Shown here: one piece after another, positions 1 to 13,100 of the stretch
Numbering within the stretch: position 1 is the first letter of the stretch
Layout: every line of letters starts with the position of its first letter
NCBI GenBank assembly: GCA_964035545.1
Contig: OZ037768.1
Coordinates: 14,393,675-14,457,674 of the forward strand
Length of the DNA: 64,000 nt
Direction: 5' to 3'
DNA from: Bugula neritina
Taxonomy: Eukaryota > Animalia > Bryozoa
Translations under genes and position numbers: made by a program
The notes under the pieces: model-generated
The model's input: the letters and a program-made list of their open reading frames with translations, nothing else
What the model was told of the DNA's origin: nothing
Databases searched by the model: none

Positions 1-475
1 AGGAGTTCGAAGTCTAAGTTGGAAGTTGGAACTTGAAACCACTGAGCTCGATGCTTGGAACCCCCAGCTTCAAATTCAAGAGTTCCAAACTTGGAGGTTC
101 TTATAAAAGAATTCATGTAAATAAGTTTAAAATAATAGCATTAAATGCTACACAGCGTTTGGGGTGAGTATATGCAATATTTTTGTATTATACACTAGTG
201 CTTGAACCATACTCCTTACTATTGACTCAATAGCCCCGCCTTCCCTGCCCCCGAACCACTACATTTAGTAACCATAAGCTTGGTGCTGTATTAAGCGATT
301 TCCTTTTCGAACGGTTTACCGAACAAACTTTATAAACATTCTAAACTATTGCTTTGACTTTTGTTGCAGTTAACTATCTTTTTTTACTGTATTAGCATCA
401 CTAATGGCTATAATTCTATACTTTATAGTATGATTATGCGTTTCGAATTTTTTATTTAATGCAAGAGTTGGAAAA

Positions 476-3400
476 ATGTCTGCTACTACCAAATTAACTG
501 CCACTGTGCGTACAGCTACTAAAAGAAGTATTCGCCCTACGAAAGCAGCTTTAACATTGGTAACTAACAGTAACAATAACATGAACATCAACTACTTACC
601 TCATTTTATTTTACAATAATAATTGTCTATATCAGTGAAAGTTTCAGATACTTTTGGAATGTTTGTTAAATTTCAGTTTTGATTTTATGGGAAACCTACA
701 TTCTAATTTTTACATTCTGATTCACATTGTCATTGTGATTTAGATTCAGATTGACCTTTAACTTTAGTTTTAGTTATAATTGAGTGCAGGTTTGTTTCAT
801 AATAAATTTAATGTTTAATTTTATATTATATTCATGATAATAATCAGTTATTATTATTAATATTATCATTGTTATAAATATATTATTATAATTATTAATA
901 CTATTACTATTAGTATTAGTATTAGTGTTGCTAATATTAATACTACTACTACTAGTTTCATTAGTAAATTTGAGAAGCCCTCATTTTCGCATTGAGATTG
1001 ACCTTTAAGTTGAGGGCAGGGTTTTCATGTTTGATTTTTATTTTATATTGTAATTTTATAATAAGCATGATAATAATAATAATAATATGATATAAAAACA
1101 CTATTGCTCTATCAATTCTAATGGGAGAAGTAGCTCAATGACACGAGTTTTGATAGGGCATGAAATAAACTACCTTCTATATATAGATGACCTAAAGCTG
1201 TACGGGGGAAATCAAGTTTGAACTGGAAGCTTTAGTAAACACTGCCAAGATCTTCACAAGAGATGTAGAAATGAAATTTAATTTACAAAAAAATGTGCCA
1301 CACTGGTTATGAAAAGATAAAAGAAAATGGAGGACACAGGAATCAACCTGCCTGATGAACAGGTAATCGAAGATCTTGGTGAGGAGTCGTATAAGTACCT
1401 TGGAATTCTTGAGGTTGATGGAATAAAGATGGATAAAATGAAAAATAGGATCAATAAGGAGTACTATAAGCAAACAGAAAAGTCATAGACTCAAACTGAA
1501 TAGAAAGAATATGGTAAAAGCAATAAGCACATGAGCAGTGGCAGCAGTGCATTATACAGCTGAGATACTTGACTGGACTGTTGAGTTAAAAGGACATAGA
1601 CAGAAAAACAAGGAAGCTTATAACATTAAATCGTGCACTCCATCTAAAAGCAGGTGTGGACAGCCTGTATGATAGCAAAAGGGAAGGCTGCCAAGAATGG
1701 TTTTAATTCAGGAATGTGTAAGGATTGAAGAATTCAGCATGTTAAATTATATTAGAACATGTATTGATGGAAACACCATACTGGTAAATTTCTAAAGAAC
1801 AAAACAGCGGTAGAACTTGAGAACAATAAAGTGATAAAAATAACTGATGGATAGAAGGAAAAGACTCTAAATCTACATGGTCAGTTCATCAAAAGGGTGG
1901 AAAAAGTGAAAACATACTCGTGGAACTGGTAAAATCTAGTTGGTTGAAAAAAGAAACAGAAGAGCTGCGGTTGGCTGCGCAAGATCAAGCACTTCCTACT
2001 AAAAATTGGAAAATAGCAATAATAAAAAAAACAAAGTAGCAAGAAGTGTCGGATGTGTAATACAAGAGACGAAACTGGGATGCATATACTGAGTAAATGT
2101 GAGAAGCTAGCACAAGGAGAATATAAGAAAAGGACACAACCATCGATAATTTATTGGTAGCTGTATGAAATTCACGGGTTTCAGAGGAGCAAGAATTGAT
2201 ATTACCACTGAGCAAAATCAGTACTGGAAAATGAAAACATAAAATTTTTTTGGGATTTCAACATACATACCAAATCAGTCATTGAAATTAGAAGGGCTGA
2301 TATTGTGGTAGTTGACAAGAATATGGTTATTGTATAGCTACAACAGCCAGCTCTGTCTTGCATTTAGATCATTTAGATCTTACATTTGGATTATTTAGAT
2401 TTTAGTAAGACAGAGCTGGCTATTTTAGCTATACAATAACCAGCTATGCATTGTATAAGGTGACCATGTTATCATTATTCAAAGAGTGGTGACAGCCAGC
2501 AAAACAAATGGTTAGTGGGATTTATATGGCAGCTGCCAGTTTCAGCATTGCTCAATAACCAAAACCACAAAAATACTTTGAAGTTGATTTTGTTCCAAAT
2601 TAATCAAGAAAAAATATTTTTAAAAAATTTCTGGAACTGTTAGTATGTGTGCCTATGCCAAAATATATGTCAGAAAAAAAGAAACTCATGCTAGCAGTAG
2701 TCTTCACACAAACCTTAAATTTCTACTGATTGTATGTGCTTTCTTTCCATCATGAATGTTCCCCTATGTACCTGGTAGAAGGAGACAACTCCAAATTATA
2801 AATTTCCATAGAAGAACTTCTGAAAAGGGTCTAATAGTGATATAATAATTTGGTTCAGGAAAAAAGTTTGTTGTAGTGCTGATTTAGGTACAATTAAATT
2901 TAGAAGCTGGCTTTGTAGGAAATTATCAAAAATAGTTTCAGCAAGATTAGAAGTTGAAAATTCTTAGTTGCTGAAACTTTTCCAATGACTATTTCAAATT
3001 TGCTGAGTTGCTAGCTAAGAAGTTATAATTGATTCCAGCAATTAGCAATTTCAACAAAATATTTCATAGTCTAATGCTCATGTCATTTTCTTTTATATTT
3101 AATTTCAGGCATGTTTATATTTAATATTTATAAGTATTTGATAGAAATTGAAAATGTTCAAATGCATTCAAACTGTTACATAAAAGAGAAATAATCAGTA
3201 GATCTACTTTTACCTATATTATTATTTTTTACAATATAATTATGAACAATTCCAGCTACTACCATCCAAAGCCTTTCAATCCCCAATTTACTTTTGATAT
3301 TTTTCATTATTAATAGTTAATGCAGATTCAAAAGTCTAAGACATGGTGTAAGTTTAAGAAATTATATGAGATAGCATCAGATTATTATCAACTTAAATTT

Positions 3401-5375
3401 TCAAGGCATTTTGCAATTTTACCAAATATCTTTTGTTGAAAATGTCAAATTTGTGATCTCTATTAGTATCACACGAGCAGACGTTATTGTATTTGCTCAT
3501 TCCTATTTTTACTTGTAAGTCAGTTGCCATCTAATATTTTACTAATGTAGTTGTACTACATAAAGTAATTCTAATTTATACTGATCACAATTGTTGATAA
3601 ATTTGTTGTAAGTCATTTTATTATTTCATAATGGTATTTTGAAATAAAAAGGTTAATGTTGTCATGATATAATTAGGATCTCTAAATAATTAAATCGGAT
3701 ATTAAATTTGAAAAAATTATGCTTAGCAACATTAGTTTAATTTCACTTGTGACTTTAGACACCAGCAGCTGTTGAGAAGATAAAAGAGATTTTGCAATCA
3801 AAGCCAGATGTTGTAAGTATACCTTTTAACATACACCTATGTTATGCTTTATAGTCATAGTGATTATTTTTCTTGGTTGTTCTGAGCACCTAGGGCCTAG
3901 GCAGAGAAACAAACCTGTTTAAACCACATTTTAAGGACTTTGTCACTTATAAGTAAATGTGTAGTTTGTGAAAATACTTTTATATCAAGCTTCACATGAC
4001 ATATGCATAAGTAGAGTGCAGAGCTCTTCTAGGGTAATTTAAGGTAGGATATGTGGAAGGCTTTGTGCAGTTGTTTCAGAAAATATGACTTATAAATATT
4101 TGTCAAGACTGAACGTTGTACGTTTCAATAAAAAATAAGTACATTGTCTGCTGTTGTTGAGGTTGGTGGTAAAGTACCAAACATGCTACGAAGTAGTTCT
4201 GGTGATTGAGTTTTGATTGCTGATTATTTTGACAATTTTTGTTAAAGTATAATAAAACTATTAATCTTCACCATGTTCTCAATTTACTAACATATTATAA
4301 TACAGTAATAAAATACTTATATTACATATCATAAATCTAAAACGACATGTTTTTAATAAAAAATAGGAATATGAATCGTCAACCACAGTATGTTGATAGC
4401 TCAATTTTAAGAATGTTCTCTTGTATTGAGTCGCACTGTTGTCTGCTAAACACAACAACTTACAACTGATATAGTGCTAAACTGCAGCTTACTGTATATT
4501 TTATTTTTCAATTTACTTCTCCTAAAGTTTTATAATGTATATGCTGAGCAAATCCAGCTATAGCTAAATGTTGTACAAACTGCATTTCTTTGTGTTATAT
4601 TTCCCAGAGCTCATTTTTATTGTAGCAGGCTCTTAAAATAGGAGTGAAAACAAGAGGCTGCCGTGGCTTGTCATACACACTGGACTATGCTTCAGATAGG
4701 TCTAAATTTGATGAGCTGGTTGACCAAGATGGTTTGTATGAGTTAGCAAGTTCAATTTTTTAATTGTTGCTATCTTAGCTCAACATTTTAGGACGATTGA
4801 TGATTACTTTTATGAATTTCCTACCTGGCCTGGTATTCATGAAAGATAAACTGGTTATCTATGCCTCTTTGTATACATACATCATTACAATATAAAAGTG
4901 ACCAATTAAAATATTTAGGCTGCAGTAAATAGAAGTTACAATAGTTTCAATTTTTCAGTATCAGATAATATTGACTTTGAAATTTAAAAAAATATATTAA
5001 GCCTTTTTGAAAGCTTCTTGTAAGAAAATTCATTATTTATCAAATCATTTCGTTTTGGGTAGCTTTCTTATAGACTAACACCCAACACTGCTAGTACAGT
5101 AGTCGCCAGCTCAGTATTATATGCATGTTTATAAAGTAACTACATTTAAAAGCTGAAATGAAAATTTTGCTTTGTTTCAAGGTGCCAAAGTCCTTATTGA
5201 CTCTAAAGCCCAAATGACACTGCTAGGCACTGTTATGGACTATGTAGATGGAAAGCTGGCTAGTGAGTTTGTTTTTGAGAATCCAAATGTTACTGGCTTC
5301 TGTGGTTGTGGGGAAAGTTTTTCTCTAAATAAAGACAGTTTGCCATCTTTTAAAAAGGTTGAGAAACAGTCTTGA
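476..5375 (+). CDS. ISCA1: Iron-sulfur cluster assembly 1 homolog, mitochondrial (4 exons, ~145 aa)
   Basis: Exons 476-559 (MSATTKLTATVRTATKRSIRPTKAALTL), 3759-3812 (TPAAVEKIKEILQSKPDV), 4626-4731 (QALKIGVKTRGCRGLSYTLDY...DQDG) and 5182-5375 (AKVLIDSKAQMTLLGTVMDYV...NPNVTGFCGCGESF...stop). All introns are GT-AG with consistent phases; total 438 nt. Has the HesB/IscA Cys motifs (GC.G and CGCGESF) and a basic mitochondrial-type N-terminus. Confidence 0.96.
1125..2323 (+). mobile_element. Degenerate non-LTR retrotransposon fragment, RLE (R4/Dong-like) type, in ISCA1 intron 1
   Basis: Frameshifted and stop-interrupted, but motifs are readable in order: RT INYLLYIDDLKLYG (1165), ESYKYLGI (1384), CCHC knuckle CRMCNTRDETGMHILSKC (2047), WDFNI (2251) and RLE start RRADIVVVDK (2290). 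A (TAA)n run lies just upstream. Confidence 0.85.
2324..2442. mobile_element. Small palindromic MITE-like element
   Basis: ~35-bp near-perfect inverted arms TGGTTATTGTATAGCTACAACAGCCAGCTCTGTCTT / AAGACAGAGCTGGCTATTTTAGCTATACAATAACCA; no TSD seen. Confidence 0.6.
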
Positions 5376-5764
5376 TGACTTAAACAACCATATACCCTTG
5401 TATTACATATAAAGGCCGACATTTAATGCAAGCTATTGGTTTTTGTGCTTAATGTCTATAGAGTATAAAGATTGTATTAAATGAAGTATTTTGATATTAT
5501 ACTAAGTTAAGCAATTTCTGAGAATAATTTATATTTGTTTATAAAAAGTGCCTGTGAAAATGTTTGCTTTAGTATTTTAAAAAAATAATATAAAAATTGC
5601 AACTCCCATTGCTCAACTCAGCTGTATGGGGTATTTCTTACTTTTCTTTCATAGTAACTGATGTGTTACATATTATATAACTTCTGGGTCTTGTTGTGCT
5701 ATATGCCACCATGCTCAAATTTCATTAACTGTGCATTGTAATTAATTCGTGTTATGTGCAGATA

Positions 5765-5770
5765 AATAAA
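5765..5770 (+). promoter_or_regulatory. Candidate ISCA1 polyadenylation signal
   Basis: AATAAA about 390 nt after the stop, followed by GT/T-rich sequence. Confidence 0.4.
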
Positions 5771-6298
5771 CATTTATATTGTTTCATTAGAACACTCACT
5801 GTTTTCCTGTTTGTTATTTTATTAAAATTATACTTCAGTGATTTGAAACCAAAGAACAATAAAGCACAAAATGAATATAAAAATAAATATTAGCATATCT
5901 AAAGCAACAAGTTCCATTAATAAAAACCATGCACATAGCACATTGTGTTTATAATTACTAAAGTAGCGTTCTTCCTAGGTGTTAATAAAAAAGCATATGG
6001 AAAATAACAAAACACTAAAATATAAGTAGCTATAATTCTCTGTGAGTTTGATTGTAGACCAATAAGTTATTGCATTGTTATAAAGGTTACTTTGACATAA
6101 GTAACTAATAACATTAAAATATATTAACTGGGTAGTGATTTCGTTTGAAGTATGTAAATACTATATACACATTTCACGATAAATATATAGTTCTTCTGTA
6201 CAAAACATATTAATTAGCTAACTTTAAGCAGTGTTTAGGACCTTAGAGGCAAGTTTTTTATACAATATTGAGAGGGTAGCAATAATTTCTTTTATTAT

Positions 6299-7150
6299 TC
6301 AATCCTGACAAAATACGCAGCATTTCCTTTGCACAGCTTTAAATCTACAAAACCCTCCAATCTTGAACCGCTGACACTTCTCATTATCTAGCACGTCTGC
6401 TGTACACTTGCTATTTGCTGAAGAGCTCAGAGCTATAACATATCATTGTGTATGAATTTTAATCTTAATACACATTTCAAAGCTGTATATATTATTTACA
6501 TATATTTTTTTGTAATTTTATGTTGTTATCCTACATGTTATGCTACGTTTAATGTAAAACCTTCAAGTGGTTGTTCCTTGTCAAATTGACAAGGTTTGTT
6601 GAAAGAAACCATGATGTAAAATTTCATGAATTTTAGCAAAATCTCTATAATGAAAAGGCTGATTTCAATGTTACACTAGCTTACCAGAGCTAACAGTACT
6701 GCACTGTTCACTGCCGCACACCTGTTGTGGAGCAGGCTTTCTATTCTTGCAACCATCTGCAGCTTGATCAGTTTCTAGATTTATACATTGCACATTTCTC
6801 TGTTGTGTCCCTCCTCCACAGCTTACAGTACACTGAGAATAAGAACCAACTCACAGTACACTGAGATTAGGTACAACTCACAGTACACTGAGATTAGGTA
6901 CAACTCATAGTACACTGAGATTAGGTACAACTCATAGTACACTGAGATTAAGTACAACTCATAGTACACTGAGATTAAGTTGTAGATTTGCCAACTGCAA
7001 ATATAAGTATAAAAGGTTTTTTGTTTGCTAATAAACTATTAATAACCATAATTGGCTGTTTTATATACCATGCTATATAATAACATATAGGCCTACATAG
7101 AAGCACATACAAACAGTAAAAATTATATAAACAGCAATGTTATATAACAA

Positions 7151-7183
<33 letters not shown>

Positions 7184-10100
7184 TGCTTGATAATTAATAC
7201 TAATAATTAAATTTATAATAGAAGATCACTTCACTTAACATTGTATCTAGCAAAACTCACAGTGCTCCATGATCCAGCTACCCATGACAAGCAAGGCTCA
7301 TTTGTGCAGTTCGATATGTGAGGAGGTTTCAAACTCGGGTCACATAAACCTTCTTTTGGGCACCAGACTCTTCTGGTTTTTTGTCCAGTTCCACAAGTTG
7401 ATTTGCACTGTTGAATAAATATAGCCTTTTTTTTGAAAAAAATGCCCTGTTTAAACTAAAATCTGTTCAACTAATTAACATGCATTGACTATGCATTGAT
7501 TATGTACTGTATTTCTCGGAGAATTTAATTTGTGACATGCAGATATCCATTTATATAAAACCAGCAACCGATTTCTAAATTTAAGATTAGCGCTGCTATG
7601 CTAATAGATAGATGCTGAATGGCATACAAAAATACATTTGTTCTCCAAGATGTCACAAAGAGAGTAAATAATATAGACGTAATGTATGGGAGACAACTAT
7701 TCTATTAGAAAATATAGCAAACAACTGACTGATGACCACTCCGCTGCGTGCCAACTTTCATTATAGGCGTCAGTGATATCTGGTGGTGATGCTGAGTTTG
7801 TACTTGTCTTTAAGTCTCCCATCATATATTCCCATATTCTTGTCCACACTACAAATTTAATACATCTTATACATGTGTTAATTATACGTCAACCTCAAAT
7901 TATACTTTAGAGAAATCCAACAATGTACAACCATGAAGGTATCCAAAACATAGTAGGATAGGAAGTAATGGGTTACTTGAAGAAATTTGAAATTATAGTT
8001 TGCAAGAACAGACAACTATACATGCTTTATATACTTTTTAGATAATAGCTATTCACTACATTTAAATCAATGATTATTTACAAGAATTCCTTCCCACACT
8101 ATAGTACATGCTATACTTTTATTTTACGCTATCATTTTACTAGATAGTATTTTTAACTGGTAGGTCAAAAACCTCAATCTGTTCACAAGCCAAACTGTTA
8201 TATTGAGACATTAGTAATGTAACATAATATTTACTGTGGCTACAGTAGAGCAAAACTCTTAAATACAAATATGTCTGTAGAATAAACCAAAATCCAAATT
8301 TTTCATATGATGTCAACCAATCACTTGAATTATGAAATTTCATATACTGCTTCCTTTCTTATTCTAGCACTTTTTAATGTTCAGAGTTTTAACTTATCAA
8401 GAGACATGAAACTTGCACTCGCAAACAAACAACTTGCATCTACGAAACACATTTGTGCAATATTATATTGTATGTATGGAGTATATTCTGGCTCGATATA
8501 GAAATACCCATAATTCATGAAAATATAAGCTGAAATATCTGACAATTATAGGTTTTATTATAGCTTACATATACAGCTGTTCCCTATTAATTTTCATATA
8601 AAAAAATTAAGTTAGCAATTAGAGACTTTGCAATGATATCTTGAGGGGTTATACTTAGGGGATTTTTAACTGATAAGAAATGTTTGCTGTAAAACTATAA
8701 TATGATGCTTCTAAGTATCTGTACAATTGGTAATATCATAAATTTTTTTCCTAAGCAAGTTGCTATGCTGTAGAAGCTAGAAGAATGTACCTGAGCCTGG
8801 AGTTTGCTTTTTATTAAGCTCATATCTGTTGTACCCACTTTGTCTCTGATTAGACATACTCTGTAACTGTTCTGCAGAACACTGGCTCCGTCCAACACAT
8901 TCCTCCAAGTCAATTGGTCTGTCAGCCATTTTGCAATGATACCCACTGGGACATTCGACGGGCCTCTGTCTAACTCCTTCACCACAATCGTTTGAGCACT
9001 ACCACCATCAAGATAACAACTTTAGCATAGGCACATATGTAGGTGTACACATATTCAATAAAGAGCGCAAAAGCAAATCAGATTAGTCTTCTTGCATGTA
9101 TTATTGTTTTATAACCTGCTAACATTAATTCTAGTGCTTTAGTCTAGATTCTAGATTACAAAATCATGTCTTTACACTTTCTAGTGGGTCAACCAAAAAT
9201 GATATCGTAATGGCTGTGGCATACATTCTGCTACCCCCTCCCTTTATCGCAACATATAGACCATAGTCTACTCAACTAGCTGTACTACAGCTACATGTTT
9301 CTTTTTTTAACTATGACACTACACATGCATACCGCATGACCACACTCTTGGGATTCCGAACACTCAACTAGGCAGAACGGTGGACTCAGCTGCAGATAAT
9401 CATCCGCAGGGAGACCGGAACTCACGGAGCCAATCAGGATTAAGCTCCCTTATATAAGCAGGACAATTCATGCGCCCAGTGACATTTAGCTGGTATTACT
9501 ACTCATGCATGGTTCTTATGTTGTACTACTGTTTTATATGATATCTTTTCTCAAATGCTAAATCTGTAAATATAGATATTCATTCTCGAAATACTGGAAG
9601 CTCTTTCTCTTGGATAAATACACGCATGTACCCACACACAGTAGTTAATTGCATACAACTACAACAATATCTATATATTAAGATTTTGAGCTGACTGTAC
9701 ATGTGCAAACTCCAAAATGCTAGTTTCGTCTCAACCAAGCTTATTAGGAAGAACAGAAAACATCTATATCTTAAGCAGTATTTTAGTTCTTCAAGAGCTT
9801 ATTCCGATTTAGTCATAGCTAATTCCCATGAATGATAATCTGAGCTAGATCTGCAGTGAATTTAAAGAATGTACTGATGATATACAATATGTAGATATAT
9901 ATAGATTTGCTAAGACATTTTCTGAAAAGTTTGAACTATTATGCTTACCATAAATACCATTTTATACGCAGTGAAACTACAACTGCACTATAAGCAGGCC
10001 TACTTACCATAGACCATTTGCCCGTCTCCCATCTTCCACAAGTAACCCCACGATTGCAGGGTTTAGTAGATGCAGGAGGCAGCTCTTCTACACATTCATT

Positions 10101-13100
10101 ACTGTTGGTAGCTGTACACACAACTTCACGAGTCATCACATCGCACACATCTGCACACTGCAAAGTTCAACATGCTTTGAGCTAGTTTGCCACAACACTT
10201 TATGAAAATAATGATTATTACTTCTATAATTACATTAATGCAATAACAAATTGTTAGGTACAAAATAAAAGTGTGTATCCTGTTTAAATATGATGCCTTA
10301 ATGATGGTCTGCAAAATAATAAATGCTAGGGAATAAATTATAATGAATACCTCACTCCACGGTCCTGTTCTCCACAAACTAGGGCATGCTGGAAGCTTGT
10401 GTTTGCAAGGCTTATGCATTTCAGGTTTTATGAGAGAAGCGCATTCCTGGTCATCCAAGGCCATCTGCTCGTCAGGACCTAAACTTCTGACACATAATAC
10501 AGTGCGCTGTCTAGTCCCTCTTTCTCCACATGATACTGAACAGTGTTGCCATGGCCCTGCCCACCATCTGCATATAGAAAGTAACTAAAATTGTTAATTA
10601 GAATTGGGACTCTTCTATCTCACAGTTTGTCCAAATTTTTACATGCTTATTGTGCAAGTTCAAACATTTTGGACACAAAGTGAATAAAAACTGTTCGTGT
10701 TGCTCTATGTCTATTTTAGTACCATAAAAATTTAACAGCATTTTAGAATAAATTGATCTACTAAATAGAACAAGGATAATGTAATTTAATAATATATTGC
10801 AATACTGACTTTTTGCTACTGAAAAAATAGCTGAATTTAAGAAATAAGGTTATAAAAAACCTGTAGGAGTTTTTAACAAAAGCTGAACTTAGATGGTTAC
10901 AGCTAACATTTCCTACAAAAATTATAATAAGAAATATACTAATGCTCTAGTTTACTTCTAGGTACTACCAATGTTATGTTGTTTGTGGAAATAAATTATA
11001 AAAGTAGTGATTGCTTAATAAACATTATATAGTTAATAGTACCAATCTTAAACTCGTTTGTTCTTGAAGCAGAGCCACATTGGTATTTTACTGTAAGAAT
11101 ATGTTTTATAAACAAATGTGACATCTTAAGCCCGGTAAGTTTTAGGCATTCAATAATCATATGAAACTGACTCATGGGCTAAGCAAAGTAAAATCCATGA
11201 ATTTAAACAAAACAAGCACATTTATTTACAGTAATCATTTTACAGTTTCACATATTTGCTGCCAAAATGTTGCTCTACTCCTACTGACTATGCAAAAATT
11301 TGCCAGAAAATAATGTTCATGCTCAAAAGATCCTGAATTTGTCTGCTTTTTAACAAAAACTTCCCAATGTGGACAGAACGCTACTCTGGAAGGACATCTA
11401 GTAAAGCTAAACTTTGTACCTCATCAAAGGAATTTCCATAACACCCAATTATTTCAACTTTGAAACCGTAATGAGTGTATCAAATGAAAATAACATGCAC
11501 AAACTATGCTCACAAAGCAACATACTTAGCTGATTATTGAAATAACCTGGGAAAAAAGTAGCAAACGAAATATATTCTACTTCATCACCTTGCTGGACAC
11601 GAATGAGTGTTGCAATTCTTAGCTTGATCATCTGGCTTAGTAATATTATAACAAAATGTATCTTCCACCACCCCTGCTTCTCTCTCCTCACACACAACCT
11701 TCTTCCTCTGGTAGCCACCCCCACATGACACACTGCATGTTGACCAATCCATGAACATCCAGTTGAACTCTGGAACACGCTGTCTGTCTGATGAGTCATT
11801 CTGATTAGGCACCGTGTACTCAAACTTGACCCCCGGGTTGTGAGATTGAAAAAGCAGCTGAAAGTTCAAAATAGTATATGAAATTTCCTACTTTCATTGT
11901 ATTCAGCTTTTCAAGTTTGTACAATCTACTGCATGCTTGTGTGTGTATATATAGTTGTGTTTACATGTGAAAAGTTTTACTTGCGTATTTAAACGATGTC
12001 AATAATTATTACAACAAACAAATGTATAAACAAATGTATTAATACAATAAACAAAACATTCTATCATGAAGAGTGTACTAACATGAAACAGTACTGTATT
12101 CCAAAATAGATACGTGATTATATATGTAATTTTATCAAATATAGAACAAACATGTGTGTGTATATATATATATGTATGTATATATATATATGTATAATAT
12201 ATGTATATATATGTATATATGTATGTATATATGTATATATATATATTTGTCAAAACCACTATAGAAATTAAATGTTTGGTCTATAAACTAATTACCATAA
12301 TATGCAGTGGTTCTTTGATAGGTCCTGGAGCAGTTATGCCCTCCTTGTTACCAGATCTTTCATAATGAACTGTAGTGCCAGCCATGTTGTAGTTGCCTGT
12401 CCACTGTATATACCAATGTCCATTTAAGTAGTACTCATCCCCCTCTGACTTGACAGCCAAATAATTGTTAGCCTCAGCGACCTCTTCTATTCTAATATTT
12501 CTAGCTCCTGTTACCAAGCAGCACCAGTTAAACATTGCAGGTATACCTACTCTAAAACTGTGTCTTAACCTATTCTATAATACGTGTAAGTTGAAGGATA
12601 AACTTTTTTTAAGCTACCAGAGGTTCTGGTCACCTGCCATGTGAGTAAAATTATTTTGCAAACTTAGACTTATATTTCCTATCCAAACTCACCAGCAGGT
12701 ATGACAACTGCTTCCACATAACCTTGTCCACCAGGTGGCTGACCCTTGAACTGGTCTTTGACTGTTTTACAACTTGTACCATCTCCATGGCAAACACCAC
12801 AACGGTCTTCTGTGGCGTTGGAATCTAGCTTCCAGTCACAACCCACTTTCTACAACATAATTTTAAACAAGGGTTGAGAAAGTTTAGTTAAGAATATTGT
12901 CTAGCTAAAGAGCATAAAATTTCACAATGCCATCAAAGACTAGAATATCTCACCCTACAGGTTCCAGTGATACACAAGTTCCTGGTCCCTGGAAGACACG
13001 GAGTGCCGTCCTTCACCATGTCACTCAACATGACTGAGAAATATCGATTGGTTGGTTTGCAGTTCAATTGACAAGGGTTGATGGTAGATACAGGTTCCCA

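Noticed and set aside
370-591. 73-aa minus-strand ORF
   Set aside because: Antisense shadow of ISCA1 exon 1.
8695-8985. 96-aa ORF MVKELDRG...
   Set aside because: Wrong-frame reading of ADAMTS exon 8998-8791; the TSP1 frame fits the splice phases.
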